A stretch of DNA of 64,000 nt from the human T2T-CHM13v2.0 reference genome, Homo sapiens. The stretch is from the NCBI RefSeq assembly GCF_009914755.1, contig NC_060934.1. One strand, 5' to 3'. The notes beneath the pieces are model-generated. The model saw only the letters and a list, made by a program, of their open reading frames with translations. It had not been told where the DNA came from and searched no databases. Every line of letters begins with the position of its first letter. Position 1 is the stretch's first letter. Of this stretch, positions 57,465-64,000 are shown one piece after another. A program made the translations under genes and the position numbers.

Positions 57465-58427
57465 TAAAAACAAGACTCAGATGACTACACGAGGTCTTTC
57501 CAACTTTCAAAAACATGGAATTATTTTGCCTTTTTTTTTGGTGTTTTTTTGATGTTGTGATTCAGTTTGTCATTTGCCTGAGAAATCAGTATGAGAAATT
57601 TGTATTGATCACTATTTGAAGAGCATATAAGTATATAATTTTCATGGTAAATATTCATAAATTGGAACCATGTTATTAAAGAGAAATTTGTTTTTATGTT
57701 GCTGATAATTGATTCCTTCACCCTACTCTAAACAGTAGCCTTTCTAAAATGGCCATCCAAGCAGCCATTGGAGTTTAAATGGCTGGAAGCACTTTTATTC
57801 ATTCATTCTTTAAGGCTCAATCTTACCTCATCCAGGGGCTGCATTACGTTCACATAGAAGAAACAAAAAATGTCAGCAAGTATTGGGATCTGCAGATTTA
57901 TTTTAAAGACTGGGTGAGTCTATATTCTCAAAAGTGTTGTACTTTTGTTGTAACAAAATTTGTTGCAATGTGTGGCACCTGCCTTTTAAATAAATATTAT
58001 GTGTGTTTCAATGTACTCAATTTGTGTGTTAGTCATACATACTGAATTGACAGTAGAATGTCAGTTAATTTACCCTGAGAAATATATTAACCATATTTCC
58101 TTTGCTTGCTCATTATCTCTTAGTAAAAAATATGTAGGAAACCAATGTCATAATTGGGACTATTTTGGTCAGATTAGAATTACACTAAGATGAATCTGTT
58201 GTATAATTTTAATGACCAAAGACTTCATAGATAATGAAAGATGAATTTCAAAAACTGTGATATGAGTGGTATATAGATGAGAGATATCACAGCCCAGGGT
58301 ATAGGCTCCCTTCCTCTTGATGACACCGGTTGTTCACTTTCAAGTTTTACTTTTCTTGCTGTTGTATTAACATTTTATTATCTGCTCATTTGCCCTAGTT
58401 GAAACAATGATCTCAAAGTAGGAGTCT

Positions 58428-58520
58428 CCTCACGCCTTAACTGTGCTCCTTGGGTTAACACTGTCTCTTGGGTTAACACAGTGTTAGGAGTTGGGTTAAC
58501 TCCTCAGTTAAGGAGTGAGG
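58428..58520. other. Nested inverted-repeat (multi-hairpin) segment
   Basis: 16-bp outer inverted repeat with 1 mismatch, two inner perfect stems, and three TTGGGTTAAC copies. Confidence 0.85.
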
Positions 58521-59244
58521 GAATGAACAGAGAAAGAACAACACCCTAACGTTTTATTTTTACATTTGTTACACAAAAACATACACAATGTCTAAATAAT
58601 GTTGATTGCTGGGTCTTTTTAGAAACACAGCTGTGACCATACATTAGGAAACACCCCCGCCCCTGACAATTTCAAATAATAGTTTACAGGATGATTGCCT
58701 GAATAAAAAAGTGATTCTTATCATTTTTTGAAATAAATTTGAAGAATCCGTGCAATGTACCTTTAAATCATAATTTTCTCTAGTAAATTTAAGCACTTTA
58801 CAAGGTGATCTTATTACTTGATGGAGCAATTGTATGAGATGGATTATTCAAGCTGGTGTTAGGAATTAGTTAAGTGATAATCAGACATAATATCAAATTC
58901 CTTGTGCTCCTCTAATAAAATCAGAGGTAAATAGATAATTCAATTCACAAAACATTGAATAAAACACAATATTTGAGAACTTCATCTGCTGTGTATAATA
59001 AGGTACATCTGTATTAGCAATGCTCTATTCACAGTTACCACCAAGCTATCTTCTAAAACACAAATAAACAAAATGTTAATTTAATGACTATTGCCTTTTC
59101 CTTGTGGACTGAGTAATTTAAAATGCATTACAATAGGTTTTATGTTTATTTGTTAATTAATTGCAAAATTGAACAGCTATTATGTATAAGACACTATATT
59201 GAGCAATAGAAAAAATAGTAAGACGTAATAAGACATAACACTAG

Positions 59245-59632
59245 TTAACATTTCTAGAGTACTTACCATAACTCAGCACTGTGCTATTAAGGTTTTTGCG
59301 TGACTTAGCTCATTTAGTCCCTTTAGAAGCCTAGAAATTTTGTCTCAGTGTTACTAACCATTAACAAGAAGTAAAATGAAAATACAGATAGTTTTAAATA
59401 TAATGCAAACTTATATCCTTGTTTTTGCAGATTTGTATATCTGGTTTATGCCTGTTCTTCCTATGTAATTATTAATAGAACATCCTCTGCCTTTGAAGAA
59501 TGTCCCTTGAATGATATTTTACATCGTTATCCCATTTAAATAACTTGCCCAAGGTCACACAGCTAGTTACTGGCAGAACTATTTCTTAAACCCAGATTTT
59601 CTGAAGCCAAAGCCTAAATTAAACCATCTCCC
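59245..59632 (-). mobile_element. MIR split by a 134-bp insert
   Basis: taacatttctagagtacttacc...aaatacagatagttttaaata, then insert, then tttaaataacttgcccaaggtcacacagctag. Confidence 0.7.
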
Positions 59633-59714
59633 ACAGCTAAGGAATACTTTTTAGTTTAATGTCTATATATGTGTGTGTGTGCACATGTGTGTGTATGTGT
59701 TTGTATTTTAATGG

Positions 59715-60010
59715 AACATCTTTCAAACCCAATATGTTCAAATGAAACTCAGCTTTCTTTCTAAACTTGTTCCATCTTCCTATATTCACTATCTTGAATG
59801 GCATGAATTACTTATGCTAGGAACATGAGAGTCATGCCAGAATAAAATCCTGTCTTTATTCATATTAAGCAGTGTCATCAAATTCTATCAATTTATTTCC
59901 CTTAAATATTTTCTTAAATCCTTTTTTTATTCTGCAGCACCAAAAATTCTTCCTTCAGTTGTGTATTAGGTAGAATGAACATGAGAAATTCCCATTCACT
60001 TGATCCTTCC
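59715..60010 (+). mobile_element. L2 relic
   Basis: caaacccaatatgttcaaatgaaactc...tcatcaaattctatcaatt. Confidence 0.55.
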
Positions 60011-60012
60011 AA

Positions 60013-60234
60013 TTCTATCTTCTTTCCTAGGAATTCTTACTAACTCTTTGGTATTTCTTCTTCATAGACTATTTGTATACATTGATATTTGTGCAACCAG
60101 GATGTAGCATATGCAAGTTGATTTCTATCTTCCTTCCCAGGAATTCTTACTAACTCTTTGGTATTTATTCTTCATAGACTATTTGTATACATCGATATTT
60201 CTGCAACCAGGATGTAGCATATGCAAGTTGATTT
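60013..60234. repeat. 110-bp tandem duplication
   Basis: 60013-60122 versus 60123-60232; 5 mismatches counted by eye. Confidence 0.95.
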
Positions 60235-60990
60235 GTAGTTCCAGTTTGAGTCTGACAACCATTGTTATAAGTGGTATAAGTTCCAGTTTGAAAGCCTTAA
60301 GGCTTGAGACCTAAAAAGAGCCATTATTTCTGTTTGAGTGCAAGGGCTGGAAGAGACTGATGCCCTACTCAAAGCAGTCAGACAAGAGGAGATTCCCCTT
60401 AGTTTTTTTATTCTATTCAGGTCATCAAGTAATTGGATGAGGCCCACCCACATTAGAGAGGTCAATCTGCTTTATCAATGTGATGATTAATTTTCTGTGT
60501 AACTTGACAGAGCTAAGGAATATCCAGGACAGCTAATGAGACATTATTTCTGAGTGTCTATTAAGGAGCTTCTGTAAGAGATTAGCACTTACATCAATAG
60601 ACTGAGTGAGCAGGAACTCCCTCATCAATGCAGATGAGCATTATCCAATCTGTTGAGGATCCCAAAAAAGTGGAAAAAATAAAGCAGAAGAAGAGATTAA
60701 AAAGTTATTCCCTTTACTGGAGCTGGGACATTCAACTTCTCCTAACAAGTTTATGGGACTTGTCAGGCTCCATAATTAAGTAAGCCAATCCCTTATAACA
60801 ACTTTAAAAATGATCTCTGTATATATCATATTGGTTATGTTTATCGAGAGAACCTTAACTAATACACTTAGTTCAATGATTAAAATGTCAATATCATCCA
60901 GAAACACCCTCACAGATATATCTGGGATAATTTTTGGCTAAATATCCAGGGACCCCTTGGCCCAATCAAGTTGTTACATAATCGACACAG
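60235..60990 (-). mobile_element. MLT2 (ERVL) LTR, interrupted by a second MLT2 LTR
   Basis: ttggatgaggcccacccacatt...aatctgcttt, then catccagaaacaccctcacaga...caagttg. Confidence 0.75.
60479..60866 (+). mobile_element. MLT2 (MLT2D-like) LTR nested in opposite orientation
   Basis: tgtgatgattaattttctgtgtaacttgac...gagagaaccttaactaataca. Confidence 0.8.
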
Positions 60991-61067
60991 TATATGTTAG
61001 CCTTGGTCTCTTTTTTTAAGATTCCACACATAAAACATTCACATATGCACATACTGTACATATAGAC

Positions 61068-61094
61068 ATTAGTAAATATCAGATATTTACTAAT
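61068..61094. other. Perfect palindrome, 13-bp arms with a 1-nt spacer
   Basis: attagtaaatatc-a-gatatttactaat. Confidence 0.95.
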
Positions 61095-61212
61095 AATCTA
61101 GTGATAATTTTGTAAGAGACATGGAGGAAAACATATATAATAATGTCTATTACTAAAATATTATGAGTGTCTTTGATTTCATCTAAAATGCATAAATTTT
61201 CCCCTAACTTTA

Positions 61213-62908
61213 TGTATTAGTCCATTTTCACACTGCTATAAAGAACTGCCTGAGACTGGGTAATTTATTAAGGAAACAAAGTTAATTGATACACAGCTCA
61301 GCATGACTGGAGAGGGCTCAGGAAACTCATGATTATGGTAGAAATCAAAGGGCAAACAAGTCACCATCTTCATAAGGCAGCAAGAAGAAGGATGAACACA
61401 AGAGGAACTACCAAACACTGATAAAACCATTAGATCATGAGAATTTACTCACTCTCATGAGAACAGCATGGGAGAAACCACCCCCATGATTCAATTACCT
61501 TCTAGGCCTCTGGGCCTGCACTGGGAGGAACCGCTGTGAAGACCCCTGACATGCCCTGGAGACATTTTCCCCATCATTATGGTAATTAACATTTGGCTTC
61601 TCATTACAGCCAGCTTGAATTTCTCCTCAAAAAATGGGTTTTTCTTTTATATCGCATAGTCAAGATGCAAATTTTTCAAATTTTTATGCTCTGCTTCCCT
61701 TTAAGTTGCAATTCCAAACCATCTATTTGTGAATGCATACAACTGAATGCTTTTAAGGGAGCCCAAGTCACTTCTTGAATGCTTTGCTGCCTAGTAATTT
61801 CTTCCACCAGACACCCTAAATCATCTCTCTCAAGCTCAAAGTTCCATAGATCTCTAGGACAGGGACCAAATGCTGCCAGTCTCTTTGCTAAAGCATAGTA
61901 AAAGTCCCCTTTATTCCAGTTCCCAACAAATTCCTCATCTCTATATGAGACCATCTCAGTCTAGGCTTCATTGTCCATCACTATCAGCATTTTGGTCAAA
62001 GCCATTCAACAAGTCTCTAGGAAGTTCCAGATTTTCCCACATCTTCATGTCTTCTTCTGAGCCCTCCAAACTGTTCCAACCTCTGCCTGTTACCAAGTTC
62101 CAAAGTTGCTTCCACATTTTTGGATATCTTTACAGCAGTGCACTATTATCTCGATACCAATTTACTATATTAGTCCATTTTCCCACTGCTGTAAAGAACT
62201 TCCTGAGACTGGGTAATTTATAAAGAAAAGAGGTTGAATTGACTCACAGTTCAGCATGGCTGGGATCCTTTGGAAAACTTACAATCATGACAGAAGTCAA
62301 AGGGGGAAGCAAGGCATCTTCTTCACAAGGCAGCAGTAAACAGAATTGAAATGGTTTGGCTCTGTGTCCCCACCCAAATCTCATCTTATAGCTCCCATAA
62401 TTCCCATGTGTTGTGGGAGGAACCCAGTGGGAGATGATTCAGTTATGGGGGTGGGTCTTTCCTGTGCTGTTCTCGTGATAGTGAATGAGTCTCACGAGAT
62501 CTGATGGTTTTAAAATCATGAGTTTCTCTGCACAAGCTCTCACTTTGCCTGCTGCCATCCACGTAAGATGTAACTTGCTCCTCCTTTCCTTCTGCCATGA
62601 TTGTGAGGCCTCCCTAGCCATGTGGAACTGTAAGTCCAATAAACCTCTTTCTTTTGTAAATTGCCCAGTCTTGGGTATGTCTTTATCAGCAATGTGAGAA
62701 GAGACTAATACAAGAATGAACACAGGAGGAACTACCCTTTATAAAACAATTAGATCTCATGAGAACTCACTCACTATCATGAGAACAGCGTGGGGGAAAC
62801 CACTCCTATGATTCATTGACCTCTGCCTTGTCTCTCTCAATACATGGGGATTATGGGGATTACAATACAAGACAAGATTTTGGGTGGGGACATAGTCAAA
62901 CTATATCT
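61213..62908 (-). mobile_element. THE1C-like MaLR provirus with a large internal deletion and a nested THE1B LTR
   Basis: LTRs begin tgtattagtcc (61213) and tatattagtcc (62166). Near-TSD cttta/gttta. The LTR joins internal sequence abruptly at about 61500. Confidence 0.85.
62347..62712 (+). mobile_element. THE1B-like solo LTR
   Basis: tgaaatggtttgg...agctcccataattcccatgtg...ctaataca; perfect 5-bp TSD AGAAT. Confidence 0.92.
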
Positions 62909-62959
62909 GTTTATATTTGTATTCTATTTGGAAATTATGTTGGTATTAGTGTTTTTGAA

Positions 62960-64000
62960 AATTTAATTAATATAGCTTAAATTTTGGAGAAGTCTTATAT
63001 TTACAGAAAAATCAAGTAAAAAATACAGTTTGCAAATATTTCCTCACCTCCACCCCTACAAAATATAGGTTCCCCTATTCTTAATATCTTTCATGAGTGT
63101 AGTGTATTTGTTTAAATTGGTGAGCCAATATTGACTTATTAACCAAAATTTGTATTTTACATTAGAGTTCACATTTTGTGTTGTATAGACTATGGGTTTT
63201 GACAAATAGAGAATGACATGTGTCCACCAGTACAATATCATACAGAACAGCTTCACTGCCTGAAAAATTACCCTGTGTTCCTATTCATTCCTCCCTCATG
63301 CACTCTAAACCTCTAGAAATCACTGAAAGTTTTACAGTCTCCATAGCTTCATCTTTCCCAGGATTTCATATAGTTGGGATCAAACAGTAGGTGGCATTTT
63401 TAGATTGGCTTTTCTCACTTAGCATTATGCATTTAGGTTTCCTCCATATATTTTTGTGGCTTGATATCTCATTTTTAAATTACTGAATGATATTCAATTT
63501 TATGGATATAACACCATTTATCCTCACCTATAGAAGGACATCTTGATTGCTTCTACATTTTGACAATTATGAATAAAGTTGCTATAAACATTGTGGGTGA
63601 ATTTTGGTGTGGTTATTAGTTTTCACCACATATGGGCAAAGATGAAAAGTTATGACTGCTGAATAATATGGTAAGAGTGTTTTTAGTTTTGTAAGAAACT
63701 GTCAAACTGTCTTTTAAAGCGGTTATAGCATTTTGCATTCTCATCGGGAAAGAATGAATGTTACTTTTGCTTTACATCCACTCTGACATTTGGTATTATC
63801 TTTTGAATTTTACCCATTCTAATAGGTAAACAGAGGTATCTCAGATTTTAATTTGCAGTTCCCAAATGGCATATAATTTTGAGGCATTTGCTTGATTGTC
63901 ATCTGCATATTTTCTTTGGTAAAGGGTTGGTCAGATCTTTTGTCCATTAGGAATTGTTTTGTTTTATTTTATTGTTTCCCTTAATAATTATTTATATATT
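62960..64000 (-). mobile_element. L1MC-type 3' end
   Basis: tttacagaaaa...gagccaatattgac...tatgggttttgacaaat...agttttgtaagaaactgtcaaactg. Confidence 0.82.

Noticed and set aside
57319-57516. ORF with IYLS repeats
   Set aside because: It is a translation of the GATA microsatellite.

Overview
This is primate genomic DNA, very likely human: it carries an essentially consensus AluYa5. It is AT-rich, CpG-depleted and gene-poor. I find no credible host protein-coding exon, RNA gene or CRISPR array. Roughly half the window is recognisable interspersed repeat: 9 Alus (J, S, Y, Ya5); L1s (a 5'-truncated L1PA3-like copy with a 13-bp TSD, a near full-length L1PA15/16-like copy, older L1M fragments); many MaLR LTR elements (MST, THE1, MLT1), MLT2 LTRs and two ERV1-class solo LTRs (MER52-type, PABL-type); DNA transposon fossils (MER47/Tigger5, Tigger3, MER102); and MIR and L2 relics. 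The only ORFs with recognisable protein similarity are L1 ORF2 remnants. I did not find a novel multi-gene biological system. The notable signals are local DNA architecture: a very young, possibly polymorphic AluYa5; a fold-back inversion inside an MST provirus; an Alu with an in-situ 143-bp duplication; a 93-bp nested multi-hairpin carrying three TTGGGTTAAC units; a perfect 13-bp-arm palindrome; several tandem duplications; nested LTR insertions; and exact DUX4 and octamer motifs in LTRs. Repeat subfamily names come from my recall of consensus sequences and need RepeatMasker/Dfam confirmation. Boundaries of old elements are approximate.
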